A stretch of 64,000 nt of DNA, taken from contig CM074514.1 of assembly GCA_037379345.1 (NCBI GenBank), positions 8,680,001 through 8,744,000 on the forward strand. The letters are read 5' to 3'. This DNA is from Perna viridis. Taxonomy: Eukaryota. Positions 1 to 15,000 of this stretch are shown in pieces. The notes under the pieces were generated by a model. That model was not told the origin of the DNA and made no database searches. It was given only the letters and a program-made list of their open reading frames with translations. How positions within the stretch are numbered: the first letter of the stretch is position 1; every line of letters begins with the position of its first letter. The position numbers and the translations under genes are program-made.

Positions 1-3000
1 ATCTGGATGAGAGCAAGAATCGGTGATAACAAGATCAGTGTAGTTTCTGTAAAATGTCAAAGCATCATTTGGTCGAACTTCTAAAACACCCCACTGATAT
101 GAATCGTGGCGTAAAGATGGCCACACAGCTGATAATACGTTTCTAGTTGGTATATAGTCTACATCTGGTAAATTCCATGATGTGTTAGGTTCTAACAAAA
201 CATCCTTTAATGATCCTTCTTCTTTTAAAAAAAAATATACAATTAAAACTAAGTTTTAAATCAAACAAATCGTTCAATGCCTGGCATTTGGTTGAAGATT
301 GTTTTATTTGCAATCATATCACATTTCCTACGTTTATATACAGGCTCTTTTTAACTAATGCATTTGATCAATGGTCAAACACAACCAAACCATCCATCAG
401 CTCAAGGTGGCTTATCTAATTGCATTTTCCTTTTAGGGTTTTTTTATTTTGTAGTTTTTTTCCCAAGCCATTTCATCTCATTTGACAATTGTTAATACTG
501 TATACATTTTACTAGAAAAATATAAATTCAATAAATTGTTTCTATACTTTATCTTACCAAATATTATACCGCATATAGGTTCATTGACAGAAGTAATATA
601 GCTGACATGAACTTGTCAACACATTATAAATGTAAATTAAGCATAAATATTGTACCTACCAGTTCTTCCAATAGCGTCAATTACTGCCCTTGGGATGATC
701 TGGCTATGCTCATCTTTTATGCGACATTTCTTTATTTCTGTCTGAACTTCACTCCATACGCTAGCCTTATTGTATCCTCGTAAAGCAATTCTTTTACACT
801 TTGCAAAATCTATATCATCTTCGAGGATGATGTCAAATTTTACCTAAATACCAAGTTTTGTATTATTTCTTTTTTTGTAGTTGGGTAATTTTTTTTCAAA
901 TGTCAGACATTTCATTTATTTTACAGTCGTGTGTTCAATCTTCAATCAAAGCTGGACAGAAATACTATCGAGTGCTTGACACACTCTCTTATCCATTACA
1001 ATAAAAAAGAAAATACACCGTTGATACAGAAAATGATTTTACAGAAAAGTAAATATTTTGATGACACGGAAATCTAAAATTAGAATAACTCACATGAGTA
1101 TTATTTATCCTTTGAACTGTTAAAACCCTTTCCCACTTTTTATAAACACCCGCTTCTCTTGAACCGTCGACAATTGTCCATTCATAAAAGTCGATAGCTT
1201 CTTTGGCTTCCGTTCTGTCTTCTATATCAGGGTCATACATTTGTTTTGTAAGGACTGTCATCTACAATATAAACTACTAGGACATTGTTTACTTAAAAAT
1301 AATTAAATCAAACAAAATAAAACAAGATACAAAGGTAGATTTGATACGTAAAAGCCGGGTGCTTTAGTGTTAACATAGTTTAAGTGGAATCAGTTCGATC
1401 CATGGAAACACTTTCGTCAGGCAATCTCTTGATCAATCGTAAGATAAAATAAAAAAACAACAAATTTGCCTATAACACAAAAGATAATTTTTGTATACGT
1501 AGCACAATACTCATTAATTAAATTCAGAATACACAAATAGTTCAAACTATCGATAGTGTTTATTATTGTGCGCTTTTTGGAGTTAAAATGGTATATAATA
1601 CAGAACATACTCCTGAACAATATCAAACCACTGTTTCTGTTGAATTGCCAAGTTGTTATATTGATCAGTTTTACCTTCGACTTATCTAGTTGAACTTCGA
1701 TATAGCCTGTAACTGGGGCAGTAGGTACTACTGTAACACCATCACTTCTCAATGGAGGAAAGCAAAGATTGTCAGCACATAATTTTATATTAAACCTGTA
1801 AGTTCTTCCCGGCTGAAGATCTAAATTCCCCAGTACTGCTACTTGATGACTTCCAATGTATCCATACTCAATAAAAGTACCCCAGTAGTCTGTGTAAAAC
1901 AATTTAGGGTATGCATGTTTATATGAACATAGTGTGGGTCATATTATTTCAAGCCAGTTTCAATTTTTCATGTTAATTTTGGTCTGTATTAGCAATAAGT
2001 CAATAGGTATAAAATGTATGGTAAATGTATGAGCTATAATGAAACGTCTATTAATACTGCTAAAGAAATTGCTTTACATAAACAAGTTAATTTAAATATA
2101 GGGCGCACTATTTTGCAAATGTACAACATGTATGAAAATATGCCATATATTTATTCATTCAACCATAAACATTGCGTGCATGCATATAGTGTTATTTCCC
2201 TAACCTCCAACGGGTGATCGTATATCTACAGATATCCAGAAACTTCTGATAATATCGTGTAAAGCTGTTGGAATATCCCATTTAGCAAACAACGTAGTCG
2301 TTGAGGTTTGGTAATCAATATCTTGTAGACAGTCCTTCAAAATATCCTACAACCAAATTGTCACAATACACATAATATTTAAACCTTTATTACAGTTATT
2401 AAAGCATCAAAGCTTTATTGATTGATCATTGGTGTACGCATTGCTGTGTGGAAGCCAAACGGGTGCAAACACCAAATCGTGTATCATGAACTTCTGAAGC
2501 AGTAATCTTTGTCGGCTTGACAGTTAATTAATAAGTCTTAAAATTTGATTATTATACTTACATTTGTATGATGACTTTCATTTAGACTTGTTTCATCTAC
2601 AATGAAATGACGGGAGATGTTACCAGTTAAACTAACATTATTCATGGATATTTTTAAATTCATATTGGTATATTGTTTGTATATATTAGTGTGTGTGTGT
2701 TTTCGGAGTGGAATACCGTTACTGTAATTATGTATAATCTATAGTAATTATAAATTTATCTTAATACTATTGACATTAAAATTATAGATAAATCTCGAAC
2801 CAGAATGGCTGGTTAAATTTTATTGCACAGAAGTTTAACTGATAAGGTCTCATGGAGCTTTCTAATGGGAATATTAAAAGATGAGTTAATCAATGGCTTC
2901 TGACATAAAGTTTTCTGATTAATGTCAATCTGTAAACTATGTATCTCTTGTTCTATACTTTGATACTAAGCATTTTTCAGATTCAACGAGTCGATGCAAA

Positions 3001-6000
3001 CAAACAAAAAACAATATAATTTGATGATTTATTAAATAATCAGCAAATTGAAATCCAGAAACAACTTCATCATCTTCCGTACAATGTAAACATAACATGT
3101 TTCTACGTACAAGTGCAAACGGGACCGTCGTGTATTGAGATTCCTGATAGTTTAGTTCCGGTGTCAACAACCATTACTCCATCAGAATATGACTCAACCG
3201 TACCAGCTGAAGTAACGGCTTTCACAGTGAAATAATATTTCTGAAACATTTTTTTAAATGAATATTAAACAGAACTCTGTTCAGATCACATCTTACAGTT
3301 ACACGCAGTTCTTGATACCATTTTTGAGTTTACACTTATCTTAGTTTGTATGAAATGCATTTAGAACTCAAGTAGAATGAGGTATATCCTACATACGGTC
3401 TATAATGAACAAATATATGTAACACATACAGACATTTATTTTGAAATATTGATGGATCAACTTCTCAGATCTCCCTTTTATTTAAATTTTAGGGCTGTGA
3501 TCGTTGTTTGTCAAAATGCAAAGGGAATTGAGACAATAATAAGAAAGAGGTTTTATTGTTATATATTGCATCAAATATACTCATTCTACATTATCTCCGT
3601 ATATTGTGTGTATAATCTATGAAATATGTTCTGCAAAACTGTTGTATGGTTTGAAATTTAATTTACACCATACATCAGCACAATTCTCGTCCCGTTCAGG
3701 ATCCCAATTCCCATTCCTAAACTCAAATATACTATAGAATAAGTAGATTATGTAACATCCAATAGTATCCTATGTGAGATACTTTCCACCGAAAAATAAT
3801 ACCAAATTTAATCCGGGGATATTTTATAGTTAAATGTTTTCCATGACTATTAAATTGTTTAAATACCCAACCTTATGATAATAGGATTTAACACACACGT
3901 CTGAAAGGGTTTTCTTTAGAGATACTATAACTTTTTTTAAAAAAATGTCAGGCTTGGTTTTCTGTTGGGTAAACATAGTTCACAGTGTTGTAAGTGTTAA
4001 TGATTTGGAAAGTTTTTTGATATGACATATTATCCAGGAAGATTTTAAATATTAATTTTCATCAAGGATGTTTTTCGATATTAATAAGTATCCTGGATGA
4101 TGTTTCATGGGATATTTACAAATAGTTTTTCATCCAGGATACTATTTACTTGATATTATCCATTTTATCATGAGTATGAGCTCTTCATATGTGTATTTTA
4201 TTCAGGATTTTATTTAATACTGTAGTATGAAATAATATCCTGTCTTCAATTGGGAATACCTCTAGCTTTTTCATAACAAACTATAGTAATTAAAATATCA
4301 TTGTTCAAGTAGTGGAAACAATTTGATAGGTGTGGAAACTTTTTCATAGCGAAATAATATCCTTCGGAAAAACAATTAATGTGAAAGAATTTCTACAGGA
4401 TAAGATTTCATCCAGATAGTATTATGTCTTACAATTATATCTATTCAAGAACTATTCATGTAAAGATACCTGAAAGGAGACGAGTTGCAGGTTCGTAAAT
4501 ATAATTCGATTGATAGAATCATCAATGTTGTCTCTTTTGGCGAAATCACAGTCTCCACTTGTTGTTCCTAAGCAGACTATGTACATAACAGGTAGATGAG
4601 GATGACGAAAACCTGTCCATTGCACAGCCAAGGTATTAGATTCTTCCGAAAAATCGACATCTATTACATCCTGTAAGATAAATCCAACGTTCTAACTGGG
4701 TTATGCATCTGATCAGATGTATTTACCTATTGCATGAACATTTATACATTTCATTTTATGTTCGATCAGTAAAATGAAGTCAACTTACAGAAGAGATAGA
4801 AAGAGTAATAATCAAAGCAAATAAGATGCGACCTAAAAAATAAATAGATACACATGCCAAAGAACATGAAATGAATTGAATAATACGTCCAAAGAAACAC
4901 AAGTAAATAAGGTACCCGGACAACTAGAGGCTCTTTAGGGCCTAAATCGCTCACCTTGCTCGATAACCAACATTCATTTTTTTGTAAAATCGGCCATATT
5001 TTTTCTTCAATAAAATTTCCGAACGCTCATACCTAAGAAACAATCATATCAGTTTTCATTAAATTCTGTCCACTAAGGAGGAGCACATCTTTAAAGTAAT
5101 TAAATTAAAAATCGCAAAAATATGTCGAAGTAGGGCAATATTTTTAACGTTTGCTCAACAGATCTACATGAAAATATGACCACAGATAGATATCACCATG
5201 CAAAACATTTATTTTTGTCAGAATTTGGCTAAACTTAACAATTTTGGAAAAATACGTGAAAAACTCCTATCTTAGATCAATATTCTTTTTTTTAGTAACG
5301 GCTGTCAAGTTTTTCGACAGCTGAAAAATCCCCACATCTTTTCTGTACGGAAGACCCTAAGAAACATTCATACCAAATTTGGTACTAATTGGTCTGGTTC
5401 AATACCCTCCATTTGTTTTTTTGTTTTTTTTTTTTCAATCAATTCAGCCATCTAATACCGTACGCTAGATTTCAAGTTTTATGACGTTTCAGATTTATCC
5501 CTGTTGGTGTTATGTATAGTCCCATTGAACTTAGATAGTGGTCCTTCAACAGCAACTGTCGTCTCCTCAGTTCATATATGCTAGTAACTTCTGTCTGCCC
5601 CCAAAGTTCTAATTTCAGTGTGGCGGCCAAGATTTTCTACTGATCAAAAATCCCATCTATATAGAACACTCTAAGGAACTGATTGCAATAGCTAACATGG
5701 CCATTTGAGCAAAAATTAGCTAATAAAAACCTAAACCATTGAGCGTCCTCTGCTTATCTAGAAACATCCATCGAAACGCTAATAGGAAGTCATGTCAAGG
5801 GTAAACGAAAGAAGAAAGGAAAATATGACAGGGTGAACAAACAAGTTCTCATTTTGGAAGATTGATACACCATAGTTCATGATAAATATTATAAAACTTC
5901 TGAAGTGATAACTTCACAGATGAAGCAGCATACTCCTCTTTCCTGAAGCCTTGTTGTTTGAAGTCTAGCACGGTACAAAGGGTCCACGTAGCGTCGGTAA

Positions 6001-9000
6001 GCTCTGGCATAACGTATGGTATGTGATATGAAAACTCCATACACAGGTGCTAAGGGATGTTGCCACAGATGAAAGGGAAATTGACAATACTGTATGAAAA
6101 GTCATCACATTTGTTACATTTATGGTTCAGTACAGTGAAACATACCTTAACATTTTTGTTGTTGACATCGTTTGGATTAATATCATAAACAACACCCACT
6201 GAAGGCACCTGGACATCATGTATATAACCCTCAGATGTCTTTGACGTGCTTAACCCTGCTAGATTTGTTACTTTAATTGTCACATAATACATGTCATGAG
6301 CGTGTAACTTAGAATCTAACACAGATAGATCGATAGCTGTACATTCTGGTGGAAGTGTAGGCGTACATTTAGAGTTATAATTCAATGGTTGGTATCCTGC
6401 AACTTCTGTGCGGACTTTAGTTTGTCCTTAAGTTAGATATAATTAGATAAGTTATTTCATTGATTAATAGAAAAAATATGTACATTAAAATCTAAGCAAA
6501 TCTGAAAAAAATAAAAATAGACCAATGCGGCAAACAGGATAGAATAAAATTACGTAAAACTTAAGTAAAGATAAACAATACTTCACACATCTAGAGTTGG
6601 CTTTTAAATAGCCCCTGGAACTGCTAATATACCATTTCAGTGAATAAGGCAACACACTATACTTTAATGGGCATGGGATCCGGACTTGGGATTTGAGCCA
6701 AAGATTCAGCGGGTATAATTTACAGTAATGTGTCCAAATCTTCCACTTAAACTCGGGCAAATATAATAGCTTCATTATCTTGTTACAGTTTACTCAAATT
6801 TAACACATTATACAGAATGGGTATTGTTTTTCCTGACAATGTACTTTTGATCCGAGTAGCAATTAAAAAAAGCTTAGTAATATTTACCGATTGCAAATTT
6901 AAAATTGAGGAGATAATGGTCCTCGGTGTCTTGAAAGGCTCCTTTTGGCCAATTTGCAATAAGTATTCCGTCCTCGTATTTGACATCTATTGTTGATCCA
7001 TGATATGTTGGAGGTGTCACATCTATTATAATTGGTCCAGTGCTCTATAACATATGGACGATTACCTTAATCTGAATACAAAATGTTTGTAATTCCTTAT
7101 CCATTTTATTTTGTAATAATTAATATGTTTCCGGCCTAAAAATGTTATACAGTTGCATTACAATAGGTTAAAAACATATACAGGAGTTCATCGAATGTAC
7201 TGAACATGGCTTCTTAAAATATTATCAGTTGTAGATCTCATATTAATCCCTGAAAGACACAGAAATATCCATAGAATGTTTGACACAATTGTTAATTATA
7301 CTTTAAATCATTTATTTTGTACCTGATATCCGGACACTCCACTTTTACTGATGCTTTTTATGACAATATAAACAAAGTTCCCTCTGCTAGGTCTGGATTA
7401 TCTACCCTGATGTGACGATGATGTTTGGTTGACCTGAACGGCAAAATATCAGGGGCAGGGCTATGTCTGGTGGATGCAAATCCTATTTCATAGTCAAACA
7501 CAATTCTCTCCTCATCTACTGGGTCCCAGGTAATAACCATCTACAGACGATTTCAATGCAGTTCATAGTTGTTACAGTAACATTTATCAAACATGTTCAA
7601 ATAAGTCATATTACTGGTGGTAATAAAAACTACCAAATAGTTGTAGTTAAAAAAACAGGTTTTGTAAGAAAACTAATATAAAATATTTATACCTCGTATT
7701 TCTTTTATGACCATTATATAAATACTTAGGTAAAATTAATATCGTTAAGTTCAACTTAAATATTACTTGTAACTACATGTATTTATTCTTAAACGTACTA
7801 ATGATATTAGACTTGTTTCGGTGAATTAGAAAATCAGTCTGACTACATGTAATATAATATTGTCTAAATTTATTTTTTAAAGGAAGTTAGCATAGCCTTG
7901 TGTCTTTGTAAATCCATATAACTATTAAAGGTATGATACATACTTGAGATGTTTGGGGAATAATCTGTAACAGGTTAGAAAGGGATGTCTGAAGCTGGTT
8001 ACATGTCACTAAAAATGACCGAGTTTCTGGAATCAGTTTAATATCATCTACTATCAAAGGACTGGCGCTACAAAAAAGTAACAGTTACTTACAATACAGT
8101 TTTAATCTCAATTAATTCAGAAGGCCGAACACTTCAACAATATGTTTAAAAAACCATACAACAAATTTACCTAATATTTTATTAAAATATAACCTTTTAA
8201 AACCAGGACAAAAAGTCGATCGTACTGTATTTACCTGCAGCCTGAAGAATGATTATATGGTGCCAAAACCCACACTTGACCATCCATGTCTTCAATGAGT
8301 TGCGGAGCCGTCCTTGCTCCCTCAAAAACGACATTTTTTACAGATGGTGTAATTGTTACTATGGTGACACCATTTGAACATACAGCATGCGAAGCATCGT
8401 TTGCTCTGTTCATAGCCACCACAGTAATAAAGTATGTACCCTCTACAGTGGCTGTGTGGCTGACGGACGTCAGAGTGGTTTCCTTTATCTATAACATATG
8501 ACATAAAATAATAACAGTAAAATAACAAAACAAGGTAAATACCGCTATCTTTATACATATGGTAAAACTGAGAGTAGAAACATGACTGTAGATTTTTCTT
8601 AAATAACAATAAATAGAGTCAACAACCCTCGAAATCACTGTTTTTACTGCATGTGCGTTTTGCAGGTTTTTTTATCAAATAAACGTGAGACCTCAATTAT
8701 TAAGAAAACAGGCAAAACATTGGTCATCGATGTTCTAAACCATTTCATCTATGCCTGAGATAAAATAATTTATATACCTGATCACTTGTTAAAACATCCT
8801 GTATGTTTTGACAATGATCTGTCACTATGTATTTGTAATACTTTACTCCACTCTCTGGGTCAAAGAAACCGTCCCAGTGAAAGTTCAATGTTAAATCCTG
8901 CTGATAGTCGACTTCTGGACCTCCTGTTACACCATCATGCACACTGCCTGGTTGTGGTGGACTAGTATCAATAGTTATCTGTAACAAAATGGTTTATATT

Positions 9001-12000
9001 CCAAATAAATTGACTAAAGTTTGGTGATTTTTAATCTCCAGTACGATTATATACTTTTAATTGAAATTTCTTTTCTTTTGCACCTTCACAATTTCCTTGA
9101 AAAACTTGAAATTGAAGTTAGTTAATGTCAAAATAACTTGTAGACGGCAAAAGTTAGCCTTGGGTTATTGCGAGAGAAACAAAAAGTATTGAATACAGAT
9201 AAAGCATTCCTTAAAAGATTTCCGAACATTAAATTATATTTAAATGAGTCTATATAGAACTTGTCTTTACGGAGTTAGTACATATATATACACTATATAT
9301 TTATAAACACTGGATGTCAATGGCTTTTATATTACTTTTCAGAGCTTAGCTATGCTCTCAGTTGGATTTTGACAAAGGGAGCTTAAGGAAATCAATTATT
9401 TACCTTTCGAGTAAGTATCGAAGTCAACATTGCCTGGTTAATAACTGTGATCTCTATAAAATAATCTGATTCGTGCAGGCCCTTGTCTTTCCCTGGATCA
9501 AGACCAGCTCCGAGTACTATTTCCGGTTTAATATGAAAATGTCGATGGAAACATCCATGGTATAATGTACAGTAACAATCAGAACCACGAGGAGCAGTCT
9601 CGTAGAGATCTTCACACAAAGTAATATTCTTGAAAAAAATGTAGCATTTTTTTCTCATCAGTATGAAATAAAAGTCACAATAAAACTGATGTTTTGGATG
9701 AAATCTACCTTTTAAAAAGTTTTTACAAAGAGACGAAATTAGGAATATTCGGAATTTGTTTAATCTGAGAATCAATGAGATTGATCTAAGATACAGTCTC
9801 TCCCAATGTGAATAGTGAATAAATGCATTTTCCCTTACGAAAAATATTCTAAATCTATGTAGGAACGATGTAATCATATCATCTTAGAGTCATGAAAATA
9901 ATACATTTTATAGATATTCATGTCTTCAATTTTCACCCGATAAAATGTAGTCACGAATATTCCATCTGTCATAACTGTTGCACTTCACAAATATGAGTTT
10001 TAAGACGTATGTGAATTTCAGTTGGAAATACATACTTCTGCATTGCCCTGAGCGAGGATATGGGAACTTCCATGCAGAATTTCACCTCCTGTAAAATTAT
10101 CGTATAATTTCCAATGAACACTGTGGAGACCGCTTTGGTAATCAAAAGCATTCCATTCAAACCTGTTGGTCCAAAAATTAAAAATGAAAAACGCAAAAAT
10201 TCAGCTCTAAGAAGATTATTTTTCTAAGATTAATCTTTAACTTTGCGTCAAGATATTGAAAATCCTTTCAATCCGGTGCTAATTTAACAGTATTCTGTTT
10301 AAAAATAACTGATCTCTGTGTTCTAGAATCATGATAATAAAACCCCAAAGACATGAACTAAACTACTAATACTAATTGATTGAATATTTTTCAGGAATAT
10401 ATAAAACTTAAAATTGCTCACGTCATTTCTGTAAAGTCCTCCAAACGGTGTACAAATAATTCTGTTTTATTCCCATATGACAACCATAAGTTTTCTATAA
10501 TTGGATAGGTTACATCCCGATATACTGTAATATAATCTTCAATATATTCTCCAATTATGTCTGTTGCTTTAACGAAGATGTCTAGTTTCTCGCCATCTTC
10601 CCAAACGACGTTAAGCACTTCCGTTTCCTGTAAAATATCTATCACGTTGGTGTAGGCTTTGTACGACTTGACATCTTCACCGGATACTGTATAGTTAACG
10701 TCGAATTTAACAACTCCTACAACCAAAGCATATTTAAAACGCTATATTATCGTGTTCGATACACGTGGACTTCACTTCAAATTATATAACACGTTAACGT
10801 TAGTGTTGCGTCTTGACGATATGCAAAACATACATTGTGTTGTATTCCAAAATCATTCAAGAGAAACTGGTGCACCTTGTCCATGCTCCCAATTTTTAGT
10901 GGAGTCCGAGTTGCTCATTTGCTTTTGTTACTTTGTATGTATGATTTTAGTTACTTTATGTTCTTTGTTGTGTATGTCTGTTTTCCATGTCTGGTCTTTG
11001 TCCCTGGATTACATTCTTTTGATTACAGTTATAACCTTGGTTCCCTTGATTACTCTTACATAGCTTTTAGGAGATTTTAAAAAACCGCATTATTGTAAAG
11101 GTTTTACCACTTATAAGAGAAGTAATAATTTGTACAAAACATATGTCACGACATATATAAAACAAAATGACAATATTTTTCTAATTCAATGCGTGTTTCC
11201 TATATCTTTTAGGTTTTAAATTAAGGACGCTTCAGCCAAAGTTAAGTGTAAATATTGGCGAACTAATACCTTTGACATTAGTAAACAAATTAACAGTCCT
11301 TCGTTCAAAGAAGTCGTCATATAAGTTGTCTACGTGACTGTTGTTTTCCACTGGAAATAGCCATTTATTCAAATCATGTCTTTCATTCATAAATCTTCCA
11401 GGCCACGTGACATGAAGCGGAGTTGTTTCTGAGACTACCCATGTCCGGTTGGTATCCATGGTGCTCTCCTTGACTATCGTTCTGGTTCCCTCTATTTTTT
11501 CTACTACTGACTGGTCATCAAAGAACAATAAGGATCTCGTTGACTTATAGTTACCAGCCTTATCAAAAGCTGTTAGGATAATAGAGTACATGCCTGGTTG
11601 TGTTACATTAAATTCACCCTTAAGAAGAAAAAAAATAATATGGTATTATTATCAGGAACATGGCAATATATTACTTGCGTACGGGGAAGAGATGTGGCAG
11701 GAAAGCTTGTGCGTGCACGGTTCACCGTGTATATATACATCGTTATCAGAGGGAGTTTTCAAATTATCGAAATGACAAAGCGTGTTCATCGCTAGAAACT
11801 AACAATACAAATGAAGATGCGTCACAATACAACAAAAGTAACAGATAAGAATATTTGTGACCGCTGTGAACATGTTCTTTTGTGAATATGGTATAAGACA
11901 GTGATAGAGTTCTCTTTTGTTTTCTTTACTTTTACGTTTTACAATATCCATACCTCCTTAAGATTTGTCTTGTTGGAATGAAACAACTTGTTTGCTTCTC

Positions 12001-15000
12001 TAAGAAATTGCCCATAATCAGCTAGGCGGTAAATTTCATACTCATAAAAATCAACTCCAGCTAAATCATCTGACCAAGATTTCCATGTAAACATTATCAA
12101 TTTCTGGAGAAATTAAAAATTCCATTTTGAATCAAAATCCACTTGAAACATATGTTCATGTATCTTGAATGCTAAAGACAAAATCCAAAACTACATCTCC
12201 AGTATCACTATCAAGTTTTCTTTAATAAACTCGTTCCAAATTTAATCGTCAGAGTATATAATAAGACAATAACATAAAACAAAGCTTGGGACATAAAGTT
12301 GATGAGACGAACAACAGTTTTAAGTAACATTAAAATAGCAACTTCAATAAAAGTAGGATGACTTCGGGAGTTTTGGATTGATACGTCCTTTTGCTAATTC
12401 TCAATGCTTTTCAATCAGCGCATGGAAAAAGCAAACATATACCCGACTAAACAACATTTTTCATCTTAGGATTGATATATTGTACACTAGACTCTCGAAC
12501 TTTACTGAAAATTCAAGTATTTTTAAATTTGATTAACATGATAACTAACTATTAATGATAAATGGCTTTAGTAAATTTAAAATCACCTGATCAGTGACAT
12601 CCGTTACATCTATTGGTGAGTCGGAACAACTTCTGCCTAAGTTCTGTAGACAGGTATAATAAGGATTTATATAATCCCATTGAACAGTGTAACTCCTTGT
12701 TGTTGTAATACCCGTGAGTGATGTTCTGACTGTTGATGTCAAAGAGTTTTCTCTGTTCAGATATCTTAAGTAACCTCCATTGCGGACTTGTATTGTGAAA
12801 ATAAGCCTTCAAAATTAAAAAAAAATGATTATATAGCATAATATGAAATTATCAAAAAGTACAAGACGAATCAAGAAGTACAATTTTTTTCCTACTTACT
12901 TGTCTCTATGGCCAAATGTGGGTAGAGATATTGCACTATTGTTAGTGTTTGTTCTTGAACATACATAACTTGTTGTAATAGGGTAATCTTCAGTGGCAGG
13001 ACAACTAAATGTGCTAAAACTGCTGGATGATCCTGTAATTATAAAAACATGTAATGTGGTGTCAACTTAAACTTTAGCACGGGCGATAAATAGAGCGTCT
13101 CAACTTATTGTGTGTTATTACGCTACATATTGTAGACGGAATTCGGATTAGTTTTATTTTCAAAAATATTCAAATTAGATATTCTAAAACAAAATTAATT
13201 CGACAAATAGACGATGATCCTTGCAAAGAGTAATCAAAGAAAACCAAGAACCAAGATTCTAGCAGCAATTTTCCTTTTGCGTTACTATGTACGAAAATAT
13301 TATTATTAATCTGGTCACTCTTGTATTCATCTTATGAATACTGATTTTAAATAGTCAATTCTTATCATATAATGTATACAAACTTACCTATTATATATTC
13401 CAATTGCATCTGGCCATAAACAATGCCATAAGTAAAATACGTCACAAAATGTTCAGGATCCAGAGGTGGAGAGGTACCAGAAGCGACAAATTTTGCATGA
13501 AATTCTATTTCTGCTTTATTTAAATCCCCTTTGTTTGTAAATCTGATCGGCTGAGGACCGGTCTCACTTGGATCTGTCGGTGTTGTCACAGTTTCATGAG
13601 AGGGATTATGTAACTTTATCTCAGCATAAAGGATTGATGTTTCTTCTGTAACTGTTTTGTAATATAATAACAACTTTAATTGTATGTTTAGATCAGTGGT
13701 GGATAATCAAATAATTTCAGGTAGGTTTGATTATCAAGAAAATCATTAGTTGTGTTAGCATTAGAGATTGATCAATGCATTGGAACTCATATCTATGTAA
13801 GATTTAAATAAACGGCTACGAAAACGTTTTACTCTCGTCATTTCTTTAGTATTACTCAGATGTTTTTTCATGCTTATTTTTATCCGTTAAAGTAATTTCA
13901 TACGCGATAAGTAGTGTTTATATAAATATATATTGTCAAGCAATATAATTTCCCCATAGAAAGCAATGCAAAGTCAGCGTGAAATAATTTTCCAATAGCA
14001 CGAATGCAAATATTAATTAATTAAATTTATTAATTGATGACGTCATCCGTGACAAAATTTCATTTTAAACATGACTGAATTATATTTCCATACAATTTAA
14101 GGGTTGTTACATAAGAACTGTGGAATATTATCCCTCGAAGATCGAATATTACATTCGTAAACTCGTGCAATATAAAATCCCATTCGGTTAACCAATTGAT
14201 TAAGTACGCCCAGAAGGGATTATTGTTCAATCATAAACAAAATTGGGAAATATTATCCCACGTGGAATGTATATTGCAATCGTAAACTCGTGCAATATAA
14301 AATTCTACTCGGGATAATATTCCCTAGTATTCATGCAATAACCCTATTTTCTTTGTATATTTGTATTATTATATAGATGCATGGAAGTTTGTTTGTTTAA
14401 GGGTTTGGACGGAGATCGTTCTCACCGTTTTCGACCCTTAAATCGAAGTCAGTCCCAAGATGATGACAAGTGTCCAGCTTTGTTATAATTTAAAGTATAC
14501 TAATTCTCAGCTTTCAATACTATTCATATATTCTGTGTATATTATTCCTTCGGCTACAACAATTTCATATTCGGTAAAGCAAAATTTTCCTGGTTAAAGG
14601 AATTTGGACGTTCTTGTAAATAATCGTGACCAACAAAAATGACCAATAAAATTTTCCTAATTCTAAAATTCCTTAATTTGGAACCTCAAAATACTACAAG
14701 GAGGACTCAGTTGCTGAGTGGGTGGTAGGGTTTCAACTTTTATTGCATTTAATTATTTTTACTCTGTAGAGTTAACAAAAGTAAGCAATTACATAGTATT
14801 ATATTATATTGGAACAAATACAAGCAAATTGTCTTTAAAACAAACAAATCGCTGTGAAGTGAGGCTAATAAAATGCAAGAAATAACCATATAATAAACAC
14901 TCATCTCAACCCGAGGGCGTAATAATATTAACTTGATATAGATGGTTCTGTTAACCATACAAGGTAGAGAACGGAGTGATTAAGCAACGCTCCTTTCAGA

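Noticed and set aside
10752-11080. ORFs repeated at 15203 and 24108 (CSQFLVESELLICF...)
   Set aside because: Translations of a retroelement 3' UTR repeat, not host genes
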